From positions 1,636 through 65,635 of the forward strand of contig JAKLDO010000004.1 of assembly GCA_022703485.1 (NCBI GenBank): 64,000 bases of DNA. The letters run 5' to 3'. Source of the stretch: a bacterium (GTDB lineage: Bacteria; UBP6; UBA1177). This document shows, one piece after another, positions 29,667 through 39,360 of this stretch. Both the position numbers and the translations under genes were made by a program. The notes below the pieces were generated by a model, which saw only the letters and a list, made by a program, of their open reading frames with translations, made no database searches and was not told where the DNA came from. Position 1 is the stretch's first letter. Every line of letters starts with the position of its first letter.

Positions 29667-30957
29667 ACAGCTTTTTGCAGTTGCCGGAAACCCGGTACTT
29701 CACAGCCTGAGCCCTGACATGTTCAATCAGTATTTTGAAAGCAAAGGAATAAATGCCGTTTATTTGCGGATACTTGCAAAAAATGGTGAGGATGCGCTAA
29801 CGACTGCGGTTAAGGCCGGATTCACTGGCATCAACATTACTGCTCCCTTTAAAGAAGAGGCATTTCACCTTGCGGATGAAAAAGACAGACATTCCTCAGG
29901 CATCGGTGCTGTAAACACTGTCATTTTCAAAAACGGCATAAAACAGGGTTTCAATACCGACTGGACCGGAGTTCTGGAACCGTTCAAAAAACGCAATATC
30001 GATCTTGCGGGCAGAAAAGTTCTGATCGCTGGAGCAGGAGGAGCGGCCAAAGCGGCAGTTTATGCAATGACGAGGGAAAAAGCTGAGGTCACGGTCACGA
30101 ACAGAACAGAAAAAAAAGGGATCGAACTTGCAGAAAAAAATGGTGTCAGATTTGCACCTTTAAGCAACATTGCAGAACTGATGGATGAAAATGAGATCAT
30201 TATTTCAACAATATCAGGCGGGATAAATGTCTTTCCCGAAAATGGATTCAAGCCCCATCATATCATTTTCGATGCAGACTATCATCACCGCATAGTTTCT
30301 GAAGCGGCTTCAAATAGAGGCTCTGCTGTCATACACGGTACTGAGTGGCTTTTAAATCAGGCGGAACATTCTCTGAAACTTTTTACAAACAAAGACCTCA
30401 GCGGGCTCAAACTTCCTGAGATCAGAAGTAAAAAGGACAATATCGCTTTCATCGGCTTCACCGGCGGAGGCAAGAGCTCCACAGCACGCGAGCTTGCAAA
30501 ACTGCTTGACAGACCTCTGTTCGATACTGATGACTTCATAGAACAGAACGAATTGATAACAATTTCAGAGATATTTGCAAAAAAAGGGGAGCCTTATTTC
30601 AGAGAACTTGAAGATAAAGCCGTGAGGACAGCCTGCTCCCTGAAAAACCATGTAATATCATTCGGAGGCGGAGCGGCGCTTTCTGAAACTAACTGCTCTG
30701 CAATAAGATCCGGCTGTCTTGTGTTCTGGCTTTTTGCAGATCCGAAGACCACGATTGAAAGACTCGGGACAGATATATTAAAAAAACCGCTTCTGCACAG
30801 CAGTGACGATCCTGTCAAAAAAGCGGAAACCCTTCTGGAAAGAAGGATTCCTTATTATGCAGAGTGCGCTGACGAACTTATAGATACAACAAAAATGACC
30901 CCGGCTCAGATAGCGGAGATGATAGTTGAAGAGATTAATAGAACACTCAGTAATTAA
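29659..30957 (+). CDS. aroE-aroK: fused shikimate dehydrogenase / shikimate kinase
   Basis: The N-terminal half has GNPVLHSLSPDMFN and the NAD(P) loop GAGGAAKAA. The C-terminal ~170 aa has P-loop GFTGGGKSS followed by DTDD. Confidence 0.88.
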   Translation: MHKQLFAVAGNPVLHSLSPDMFNQYFESKGINAVYLRILAKNGEDALTTAVKAGFTGINITAPFKEEAFHLADEKDRHSSGIGAVNTVIFKNGIKQGFNTDWTGVLEPFKKRNIDLAGRKVLIAGAGGAAKAAVYAMTREKAEVTVTNRTEKKGIELAEKNGVRFAPLSNIAELMDENEIIISTISGGINVFPENGFKPHHIIFDADYHHRIVSEAASNRGSAVIHGTEWLLNQAEHSLKLFTNKDLSGLKLPEIRSKKDNIAFIGFTGGGKSSTARELAKLLDRPLFDTDDFIEQNELITISEIFAKKGEPYFRELEDKAVRTACSLKNHVISFGGGAALSETNCSAIRSGCLVFWLFADPKTTIERLGTDILKKPLLHSSDDPVKKAETLLERRIPYYAECADELIDTTKMTPAQIAEMIVEEINRTLSN

Positions 30958-32176
30958 AGGGACAGTAAAGATCCCTTCATCAAAAAGCGTGATCCAGAGA
31001 GCTCTGGCTATCGCACTTCTTGCAAAAGGCAGATCTGTCATCTCAAATGTGGTGTTCTGCGATGATGTTATGAATGCTGTCAAAGCCGTTGAAACTGCCG
31101 GAGCAAAAACAGAAATTACCGGAGATCGCATTATTATTGAAAGTGGCGGACCCGGTGTAAAAGACGGAACGGTCATAGAATGCGGGGAATCGGCTCTATG
31201 CTTCAGGATGTTCAGTGCCATATCGGCCCTGTCAGAAAATAAAGTTGCCATCAATGCATCAGGAACTCTGCGAAACCGCTCCGTTGAACAGGTGGAAAGA
31301 TCATTGATCGAGCTCGGAGCTTCGTGCAGTTCAAATGACGGAAAGCCTCCGCTGACCATACAAGGACCTTTTAAGTACGGAAATTTCAGCATTGACGGAT
31401 CTTCCACAAGCCAGTTCCTTACCGGTCTTCTGATAGCACTTTCTTCAACAGGAAAAGAGACCGTTATAAATGTGAACAACCTTTCATCAAGACCTTACAT
31501 TGATATCACGATCGCACTTCTTGAAAAAGCCGGCATTAAAATTGATAACCTCAACTATGAAAAATTCATCATACCTGCATCAAAGCTTTATCCTTTATCT
31601 ATAAAAGCTGAAGGGGACTGGTCGGGAGCCGCATTTCCCTCTGTAGCCGGAGCAATTTGCGGAAGCGTTGAACTGACAGGTCTTGATATCAATTCAGTTC
31701 AGGGCGACAAGGCGATACTGCATTACCTTGAAAAAGCCGGAGCATGTATTTCAGTTCAGGAAGACAGCATTAAAATATCAAAAAACATCCTCAGATCATT
31801 TGAAGCCGACTGCACAGACACTCCCGATCTTTTCCCTCCGCTCACAGCACTGGCCGTCCATTGCGCAGGAACAAGCATTATACACGGCGTTCACCGTCTC
31901 AGGAACAAGGAATCGGACAGGGCTGCAGCTTTAATGAATGAATTAAGGAAACTTGGCATAGACATAAATATATCAGACAATGACATGATCATAACTGGCG
32001 GAAAGATGAAAGGCGGTGCTGTTTTTTCGCATAATGATCACAGAATGGCGATGGCTCTGGCTGTGACTGCACTTAACTCAGAACGCCCTGTTACAGTTGA
32101 TGCCGTTCAATGCGTGAATAAATCATGGCCCGGATTTTTTGAAATGCTTTCATCCATCGGAGGAAAAATATCATGA
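30926..32176 (+). CDS. aroA: 3-phosphoshikimate 1-carboxyvinyltransferase (EPSP synthase)
   Basis: Motifs KGTVKIPSSKSVIQRALAIALLAKG, GESALCFRM, NKESDR and HNDHRMAMA. TTG start overlaps the aroE-aroK 3' end. Confidence 0.92.
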   Translation: MKRLIEHSVIKGTVKIPSSKSVIQRALAIALLAKGRSVISNVVFCDDVMNAVKAVETAGAKTEITGDRIIIESGGPGVKDGTVIECGESALCFRMFSAISALSENKVAINASGTLRNRSVEQVERSLIELGASCSSNDGKPPLTIQGPFKYGNFSIDGSSTSQFLTGLLIALSSTGKETVINVNNLSSRPYIDITIALLEKAGIKIDNLNYEKFIIPASKLYPLSIKAEGDWSGAAFPSVAGAICGSVELTGLDINSVQGDKAILHYLEKAGACISVQEDSIKISKNILRSFEADCTDTPDLFPPLTALAVHCAGTSIIHGVHRLRNKESDRAAALMNELRKLGIDINISDNDMIITGGKMKGGAVFSHNDHRMAMALAVTALNSERPVTVDAVQCVNKSWPGFFEMLSSIGGKIS

Positions 32177-33150
32177 ACCGTTTCGGAACCATTTTTTCTG
32201 TAACAATTTTCGGGGAATCTCACGGTCCTGCCGTCGGTGTGGTAATTGACGGAGTGCCTGCAGGAATAGAATTATCAGAAAAAGATCTTACTAATGATAT
32301 TGCACGCCGTTCACCTGGGTTGAAAGGGACTACTTCCAGAAAAGAAAAAGACATTCCCAAATTTATTTCAGGAGTGTTCAACGGCTTAACCACAGGCTCC
32401 CCGCTTACAATTATGTTTGAAAATAAAGAGACCGCATCTTCAGATTACGATGAGATAAAAAACATACCGAGACCCGGCCACGCAGATTTTACCGCCTATC
32501 ATAAATATAAAGGCTTCAATGACTATCGTGGAAGCGGACATTTTTCCGGAAGACTTACTCTTCCGCTTGTTGCGGCAGGAATTATTGCGAAAAAAGTTGC
32601 TCATCCTGTGGAAATTTCAGCCAGCATTTCTGAAATAGGCGGCATGACTGAATACGGAGAATTGATCGATCAATGTGTAGCTGACGGGGATTCCCTCGGC
32701 GGAACCATAAAATGTATTGCTAGAAATATTCCTGTCGGACTGGGCGAACCTTTTTTCAATTCAGTTGAATCTCTGATCTCTCATATTGTTTTTTCCATTC
32801 CCGGAGTGAAAGGTATCGAGTTCGGAAGCGGATTTAAGACTGCAAAAATGAAAGGCTCTCAAGTTAATGACATAATTTCGGATATTTCAGGAAAAACGGC
32901 AACGAACCACGCCGGAGGCATTAACGGCGGAATAACAAATGGAAATATGATCATTTTCAATGTCGCGTTCAAACCGGCATCTTCCATATCTATCGATCAG
33001 GAAAGCATAGATATGACCAATGGACAAAAAGCCCGGCTCTCAGTTAAAGGCAGGCATGACTCCTGTTTTGTCCTGAGAACCCCGGTAATCGTTGAAGCTG
33101 TGACCGCGATCGTGCTTGCCGATCTTATTTGTTGTGCTCGCGCCGTATAG
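32173..33150 (+). CDS. aroC: chorismate synthase (short form, 325 aa)
   Basis: Motifs FGESHGPAVGVVIDGVPAG, RPGHADF and GGINGGITNG. ATGA overlap with aroA. Confidence 0.9.
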   Translation: MNRFGTIFSVTIFGESHGPAVGVVIDGVPAGIELSEKDLTNDIARRSPGLKGTTSRKEKDIPKFISGVFNGLTTGSPLTIMFENKETASSDYDEIKNIPRPGHADFTAYHKYKGFNDYRGSGHFSGRLTLPLVAAGIIAKKVAHPVEISASISEIGGMTEYGELIDQCVADGDSLGGTIKCIARNIPVGLGEPFFNSVESLISHIVFSIPGVKGIEFGSGFKTAKMKGSQVNDIISDISGKTATNHAGGINGGITNGNMIIFNVAFKPASSISIDQESIDMTNGQKARLSVKGRHDSCFVLRTPVIVEAVTAIVLADLICCARAV

Positions 33151-34852
33151 AACCGGTATATTCATTCATATTTCTAAGAACTGCCGGATCAGCAGCTTCA
33201 TTAGCAGAATAATCGTCCTCTATACCCATCGCTACAGGATATATGCCGGCCCAGCTCAGCATTACAGCCGCCTTGAGATCTTCCATGAGTATCGTATCAA
33301 TCGAATCCTGAGGAGTATGATAATATTCATGACCTCCGAGAGTCGAAAGCAGTACCGCAGGAACATTTCCGTAATAATAGAAACACACATGGTCTGAGGC
33401 GTCAAGGGGTTCGGCTGATGCTATTTCATAACCGAGCTCCTGTTCATAGGCATATCCTTTCATTACATCGGCAAGCCATGCATTTTCTGAAAGCGTGGCA
33501 CCGTACATGCTGAGCCCGAGACCGGTTCCTGCTCCGACCATATCTATACTGTAAGCCGCAACTGTGTCAGCCATAGGCATTGCCGGGTTCTGAACATGGT
33601 AACATGAACCTATCAATCCGAGCTCTTCGGCGTTCCATGCGGCAAAAAGAAGAGTACGCGCAGTCTTTTGTCCGCTCAGGGCAAAAGCTCTGGCAAGCTC
33701 CATGACAACAGCGGTGCCTGACGCATTGTCATCGGCACCGTAATAAACATCTCCCGTCACGGGGTCTTTGCCGAGGTGGTCGATGTGGGCTCCTATCACT
33801 ATCACTTCATTTTTGAGAACAGGGTCGTTCCCGGGAAGTATGCCTATAACATTGTCAGAGCTTACTTTCTTCATTTCTACATCCAGATTGATGGAAGCAC
33901 TGATGCCCGTTGCAGTACTGTGCGGAACAAGATCCGCATCTATGGACTGAGACCACGACTCAAGATCAGGGATCTTAGTCACAATACTGCTTCTTGATGC
34001 AAAGACAACCGGAACATCTTCAACAAAATATTCAGCTCCGAGAGTGTTCCCTCCCTCAGGGATATCCATACTGTCCTGGAAATGATTTACAAGAATGACA
34101 CCGGCCGCTCCGTGAATAGCCGCATTCTTTGACTTGTATCCGAAATTCCAAAGGCATGGCTCTCCTGCACACGCTTCATTTGCAGGGCATGATGTATGGA
34201 CAGACTCAAGGTCTCCAGGACCGTGACGAAGAATTACGACTATCTTATCCTTGACATCTATCCCTTCAAAATCATCGTATCCCGTTTCAGGAAGAGGACA
34301 ATCGGGATATGTATCCTTATCAAACGCAGGAACAGTTATGCCATGACCTGCAAATACGATCTCTGCATCGATCTCGCCGCCTCCTGAATACTGTAGGACC
34401 TGAAAAGTCTCGTCATATGCGAAAGCTGTCCCGTCAACACCGAAAGAAGGTGTTCCGTTGATCTCCCACTGATCAAAATCGAAAGCCTGCAGGAATTTTC
34501 CCTCATCGCCGGCAGGAGTTAGTCCCAGATCATCAAAAAGGTCTTTTACATACTCGATAGAATCAGTATTTCCCTGTGTACCGGGAGCTCTTCCTGTACG
34601 GTCTGCACTTGAAAGCCATGCGACATCATCAAAAACGCGCTGAATATTGAAACTGAACTCTTCATCCACATCAGCATCCGCATCTTCATTCTGATCAGCA
34701 TCCTGAACATTATCTTCATCTGTGTCAAAACCTGATTCATCAGCTGGATCATCCTGATATCCATCCGCATCATTCACCTTCTCCTTCGAACTTCCGCATC
34801 CTGAGAGCACAAAGAAAAAAAGAGCATTAATAAAAATAAAAAGCTTTTTCAT
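33125..34852 (-). CDS. M28-family aminopeptidase lipoprotein with PA domain and acidic linker
   Basis: MKKLFIFINALFFFVLSGC is a lipobox. About 50 aa of D/E-rich linker follow. M28 motifs: GAHIDHLG, GADDNASGTAVVMELAR and AEELGLIGS. The start is ATG 34852, 6 nt after GGGAG. Confidence 0.85.
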   Translation of the reverse strand: MKKLFIFINALFFFVLSGCGSSKEKVNDADGYQDDPADESGFDTDEDNVQDADQNEDADADVDEEFSFNIQRVFDDVAWLSSADRTGRAPGTQGNTDSIEYVKDLFDDLGLTPAGDEGKFLQAFDFDQWEINGTPSFGVDGTAFAYDETFQVLQYSGGGEIDAEIVFAGHGITVPAFDKDTYPDCPLPETGYDDFEGIDVKDKIVVILRHGPGDLESVHTSCPANEACAGEPCLWNFGYKSKNAAIHGAAGVILVNHFQDSMDIPEGGNTLGAEYFVEDVPVVFASRSSIVTKIPDLESWSQSIDADLVPHSTATGISASINLDVEMKKVSSDNVIGILPGNDPVLKNEVIVIGAHIDHLGKDPVTGDVYYGADDNASGTAVVMELARAFALSGQKTARTLLFAAWNAEELGLIGSCYHVQNPAMPMADTVAAYSIDMVGAGTGLGLSMYGATLSENAWLADVMKGYAYEQELGYEIASAEPLDASDHVCFYYYGNVPAVLLSTLGGHEYYHTPQDSIDTILMEDLKAAVMLSWAGIYPVAMGIEDDYSANEAADPAVLRNMNEYTGSIRREHNK

Positions 34853-34874
34853 GGTCATCTCCCGGAATTATATA

Positions 34875-36563
34875 TCAATGTTCAATGCTTTCAAAAACAG
34901 ACATAGCGAAACCGGCAAGGTCTTCAGACGGCTCGGATATCAGATCATCAGGATATCTAGTGTTCGCCCCTCCCCAGACAAGCACTGTGTGCGAAGAATT
35001 AAAAAGTACGGCGAAGCATTCCCTCCTGTTCCTTGTGCATGATGCCGCATATTTAATTTCACCGGCACCTAACTTCTTTGAACGGAGCATCTTCATGACA
35101 TCCCTTGCCGCTTTCTTTGAAAAAAGCTGCCGGGGTTTCATTCTTTCTTTCTCATTCAGTGCCTCAAGCCTTGAAAAACTACCCTCCGATGCAAGACCTG
35201 CAAAAAGAGCGGCAAGCTCCACAGGCTGAAGGTCAAATCCTCCGCTTATAAGGGAATAGCCGTAAAATTCAGGGGGCTGAAGCATGCTCTTCACTCCAGC
35301 TTCTTTAAGGAAAGTATAGAAATTCTCTATCCCGAACTGGTCAAGAAGTTCTACAGCAGGTACATTTCTGAGCTCTTTTAAAGCATCTGACGCTTTGATC
35401 TTTCTGCTGTATCTGTCATCTCTGTTGGTAGGAATATAGTTTCCGTAGCTTTTCTTCGAATCGTTCAGCATATCGTTCATTTCAAGACCGAAATTATCTA
35501 TCGAAAGCGCATAAAGAAAAGGCTGAAGAAGTCCGTCCGCAGGCCTTCTTGAAATAAGCGCATCGACCTGCCCGTTATTGTAATCATCAAAAAAATTATG
35601 CGACCCTACATACGCAAGTATCTCACTTTTACGGTTATCCGCGACAAGAAGAGCAAAATTGGTAAGACCTGAAACCGTGCGGGTCGAAAACTCCTTTAAC
35701 GCATTCTCAGACCTTACCTGCAGATCTCTATCAATAGTGGTCTGAACAATTTTCGGATGTGTGCGGCTCTCTATGTTCCTTGTCAGATGCCATGCACTGG
35801 TATGGATCGGGAATGATATTCTCGGAGGTTCCTTCGAAACAGCCTCGTCATACTCTTCTTTCGTAATTATACCGGCACTCATCATGCCAAGCAGAAGTCC
35901 GTCTCTCTTCTGCGTAAGCCTTGCACGGTTCTTTTCAGGATGCATCAGGCCGGGAGCATTCGGAAGTATTGCAAGCAAAGCTGCCTCGGACCAGTCAAGC
36001 ATCGAAGGGTCTTTTTTAAAATATTTCAATGCGGCAGTCCTGTATCCGTGAATATTCTGACCGTAAGGACAGTATGTGAGATACATTTTCAGTATTTCAT
36101 CCTTTGACCATTTTCTTTCAAGCTTAAGAGCTATGACCGACTCGACCGCTTTATTGAAAAAAGTACGATCCCTCTGACCCATAAGGCGGCTGAGCTGCAT
36201 TGTTATCGTTGAAGCTCCGCTATGGACCTTCCCTTTCCTTATGTTCTGGAAAGCGGCCCTTCCCACAGCAAGAACATCAACTCCGAAATGGTCGTCGAAG
36301 CGCTTATCTTCGAAAAATATGACAGCTTTCCTGAGCTTTTCAGGAACATCGTCTTTTTCAGAATAAGGAAGATAGAACTGTCCGTCCTTAGGAAAAACAC
36401 GGAGCATCAGTCCGGACCTGTCAAGGATCACAGTACTGTCCTTTGAAGGAAGTTCATCATAAGGCACCTTGACCGTTATCAGAAGCGCCACAGCAACAGC
36501 GGACGCAAGTATGGAAAAGAAAATCAGCGAAAATAAATATCTTTTAAAAGACCTTATATTCAT
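34875..36563 (-). CDS. PBP1C-like peptidoglycan glycosyltransferase (GT51) with degenerate transpeptidase-like domain
   Basis: N-terminal TM helix. GT51 motifs EDKRFDDHFGVD and GASTITMQL. In the downstream PBP-like region, the positions expected for SxxK, SxN and KTG read GLLQ, LRN and ASC. Confidence 0.8.
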   Translation of the reverse strand: MNIRSFKRYLFSLIFFSILASAVAVALLITVKVPYDELPSKDSTVILDRSGLMLRVFPKDGQFYLPYSEKDDVPEKLRKAVIFFEDKRFDDHFGVDVLAVGRAAFQNIRKGKVHSGASTITMQLSRLMGQRDRTFFNKAVESVIALKLERKWSKDEILKMYLTYCPYGQNIHGYRTAALKYFKKDPSMLDWSEAALLAILPNAPGLMHPEKNRARLTQKRDGLLLGMMSAGIITKEEYDEAVSKEPPRISFPIHTSAWHLTRNIESRTHPKIVQTTIDRDLQVRSENALKEFSTRTVSGLTNFALLVADNRKSEILAYVGSHNFFDDYNNGQVDALISRRPADGLLQPFLYALSIDNFGLEMNDMLNDSKKSYGNYIPTNRDDRYSRKIKASDALKELRNVPAVELLDQFGIENFYTFLKEAGVKSMLQPPEFYGYSLISGGFDLQPVELAALFAGLASEGSFSRLEALNEKERMKPRQLFSKKAARDVMKMLRSKKLGAGEIKYAASCTRNRRECFAVLFNSSHTVLVWGGANTRYPDDLISEPSEDLAGFAMSVFESIEH

Positions 36564-36655
36564 AAAAGACCTGCTACAAACTTTGCAATCTTTACAAAAA
36601 TAGTTTATTTTTCAACCCTGTAAAGGTTTTTCACCTTAATTTTTATGAGGTTGCC

Positions 36656-37783
36656 ATGTCCCTGCTTTTATTTTTCCTGAACCCTTTCATAATACCGGCT
36701 TTCATTGCTCTTATCCTTCTGACAGCTTTCAGAAAACGGTCTTCCGTAATAAAAGTGATACTTTTCAATCTGACAGCCGTTTTTCTGATGGCCGGGATCT
36801 TCGATATCGCCTTCACATTTCTTTTTGCTCCGAAATATGCCAACTTCCGCACCAACAGTTCTTACTATCATCACGGACTTAAACCATACATGACGGAAAA
36901 CACCAAGTGGTTCAAGGAATATACCGTTTACACCAATTCGCTGGGGTTCCTTGATTCGTCGGTCCGCGAAGTTCCGCTTGAAAAAAACGGTAAAAGATTC
37001 GTTTTCATAGGTGATTCATTCACAGAAGGGGTGAGTGAACCCTGGCAGAACACTTTTCCAGGAATAGTCTCTGAAGAACTGAAAAAGAAGAATATCGAAC
37101 TTCTGAACGCCGGGTGCATCTCCTACAGCCCCAAGATCTATTATCTGAAAATGAAATATTTCATAGAAAAAGGGCTTGAAATGGACGATCTCTATGTTTT
37201 CATCGATATAAGCGATGTTCAGGATGAGGTTGAATACGAATATTTCAAACCGGCTACACCGATTCCGGCACTGAGCAGTCTCAATCTCCTTTTCTACCAG
37301 TCATCATATACCTACAGATCCGTGTATGACCGCATTTTCTACTGGCAGGAAAACCCCAGACACAAAGACTCACCTTTCTGGGAAGGCGGTTTCTATCCCG
37401 TGAGACATTTATGGTCTATGGATGAATATCACTATAACAAGTGGGGGAAACACGGTCTGGAACTGAGTGAAAAGCATATGGACCTTCTTCATGAACTGAC
37501 AGAAGAACACGGTATAAAACTTCACATTGCAGTATATCCATGGAGAATGCATATCCTTAGAAAAGACCTTGACTCAATACAAGTGACCTTCTGGCGTGAT
37601 TTCTGTAAAAAAAGAGGCATAGACTTCATAAATTTCTTTCCCGATTTCATAAATGTTGAAAATGCTCAGGAAATGGAGCAGAGATGGTTCGTTCCGGGAG
37701 ATGTTCACTGGAGCCGTGAAGGATTGGCAAAAATGGCGGAGGCTGTTTCTGGGCATTTCAGAAAGGAAAAAATACTTGAATAA
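36656..37783 (+). CDS. membrane-anchored SGNH/GDSL-type hydrolase
   Basis: Two N-terminal TM helices. Block I is FVFIGDSFTEG and a block V-like motif is GDVHWS. Confidence 0.7.
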   Translation: MSLLLFFLNPFIIPAFIALILLTAFRKRSSVIKVILFNLTAVFLMAGIFDIAFTFLFAPKYANFRTNSSYYHHGLKPYMTENTKWFKEYTVYTNSLGFLDSSVREVPLEKNGKRFVFIGDSFTEGVSEPWQNTFPGIVSEELKKKNIELLNAGCISYSPKIYYLKMKYFIEKGLEMDDLYVFIDISDVQDEVEYEYFKPATPIPALSSLNLLFYQSSYTYRSVYDRIFYWQENPRHKDSPFWEGGFYPVRHLWSMDEYHYNKWGKHGLELSEKHMDLLHELTEEHGIKLHIAVYPWRMHILRKDLDSIQVTFWRDFCKKRGIDFINFFPDFINVENAQEMEQRWFVPGDVHWSREGLAKMAEAVSGHFRKEKILE

Positions 37784-37887
37784 ACATTCTCTTAAAAAAA
37801 TTTGTTGACCTGTTCTTACTTATAATTAGATTTATGGGGAGTAAAAAACTGTTTTTTAATAAATTCTTAAGTTCTCGGGAGGGAACA

Positions 37888-39360
37888 ATGAAAAAACTGG
37901 TGTCTTTGATTTCTTTTGCTCTGCTCATATTTGCAACGAGCTGCGCCTCTTCCCCTGAAAAACTTTTTCAGAAGGGAAACCTCTGGAAAGGATCAGACAA
38001 GGTGAAAGCGAGAGGATACTATGAACAGGCCTGCAAGGAAAATCACATAGAATCATGTCACAATGCCGGACTTCTGTGGCAGAACGGTGACGATATAAAC
38101 GATGACAATAAAAAAGCGAGAGAGTTCTTCCAGAAAGCCTGCGATTCCCAGTACAATGATTCATGCATAATTCTTGCAGACATGTGGGCAAACGGAAAAG
38201 GCGGCGTTTACAAAGACAGTATGTCTGCGTTCAATCTCTATCAGGTGCTCTGTGACAGAGGCGTGGGTAAAGGATGCCGCGGAATGGGTGAAATGTACTC
38301 AAAAGGTGCTGCATCAATTGACAAGGATATAAAAAAAGCCATCGAGCTTTTTGAAATGGCCTGTGATAAAGACGATCTCAAGACCTGTGCAGATCTGGGT
38401 CAGACATGGTCCAAAAAATTCGATGATCCTGAAGCTTATGCCAAAGTGGAAAAATTCTGGGGCAAAGCATGTGACGGCGGAATGCTTGAAGTATGTGAAA
38501 GATTTGCTGATATGATAGTTGCAAACAAAGGCGGAGAGGACAGGATCTCTCTTTCACGCAAATATTATGACAAGGCCTGTGACGGAAAAGTAAAAGAGAC
38601 ATGCTATAAATTTGCAAGAGCTATCGTTGAAAACACGACTGACGAAGATGCTTCCGCTGAAGAAGCTCAGCCCTACTACAGAAAGGCCTGTGAGCTCAAC
38701 CATGCAGAATCGTGCTACTACATCGGCGTCTACCTCAATGAAAAGTACGGAAGTGCCGCATCTCTTGAAGAATTGAAAGAACTTCACGGTTTCTACAGCA
38801 AATCATGCGGAAGCGGCTTTGACCCGGCATGCGGAACAGCACAGTCCCTTAAAACCTCAATAGATGAACAGGAAGCCGAGATAGCAAGACAGGAAGCCGA
38901 AAAGAAGAGACTTGAAGAAGAGGCCCGTAAAGAAGAGGAAAGGAAAAAAGCAGAAGAAGAGGAAAGACTTAGACTCGAAAGGGAAAAAGCTGAACAGGAA
39001 GCTAAACTTGAAGCTGAGAGAGCTAAAAAAGAACGGGAAGAGGCTGAGCAGGCCGCTAAAATGGAAGAGGAAAGACTGAGAAAAGAAAGAGCTGAAGCTG
39101 AAAGAGCGGCAAAAAACAAGAAGAAAGAGGATGTTGTTGAAGAAGAAGAGGAAGAAGAGGAAGAGGATTTCGGTGAAGAAGAGGAAGAAGAAGCTGCTCC
39201 TCCTAAAAAACAGCAGAAAAAGCAGGATGTAGAAGAAGAGGAAGAAGAGGAGGAGGAAGAAGATTTCGGTGAAGAAGAGGAAGAGGAAACTCCTGCTCCT
39301 AAGAAAGAAAACAAAAAGAAAAGCGCCGAGGATGAACTTGACGACCTTCTTGGAGATTGA
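37888..39360 (+). CDS. Hcp-type cysteine-rich Sel1-repeat lipoprotein with ER/K-rich helix and poly-Glu tail
   Basis: GGGAGGG RBS, then MKKLVSLISFALLIFATSC (lipobox). Eight Sel1-like repeats each carry a C-x7-C pair (e.g. ACKENHIESC, ACDSQYNDSC). About 90 aa of E/R/K helix follow, then a duplicated poly-E segment. Confidence 0.85.
   Translation: MKKLVSLISFALLIFATSCASSPEKLFQKGNLWKGSDKVKARGYYEQACKENHIESCHNAGLLWQNGDDINDDNKKAREFFQKACDSQYNDSCIILADMWANGKGGVYKDSMSAFNLYQVLCDRGVGKGCRGMGEMYSKGAASIDKDIKKAIELFEMACDKDDLKTCADLGQTWSKKFDDPEAYAKVEKFWGKACDGGMLEVCERFADMIVANKGGEDRISLSRKYYDKACDGKVKETCYKFARAIVENTTDEDASAEEAQPYYRKACELNHAESCYYIGVYLNEKYGSAASLEELKELHGFYSKSCGSGFDPACGTAQSLKTSIDEQEAEIARQEAEKKRLEEEARKEEERKKAEEEERLRLEREKAEQEAKLEAERAKKEREEAEQAAKMEEERLRKERAEAERAAKNKKKEDVVEEEEEEEEEDFGEEEEEEAAPPKKQQKKQDVEEEEEEEEEEDFGEEEEEETPAPKKENKKKSAEDELDDLLGD
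39130..39318 (+). repeat. in-frame tandem duplication (~96 + 93 nt) encoding DV-E9/10-DFG-E6-xPAPKK units
   Basis: Direct reading: DVVEEEEEEEEEDFGEEEEEEAAPPKKQQKKQ followed by DVEEEEEEEEEEDFGEEEEEETPAPKKENKKK. Confidence 0.85.

Noticed and set aside
37784-37887. TTGACC and TATAAT hexamers upstream of the Sel1 lipoprotein gene as a promoter.
   Set aside because: The spacing between the two hexamers is only ~10 nt, which is incompatible with a sigma70 promoter. No alternative pairing was convincing.
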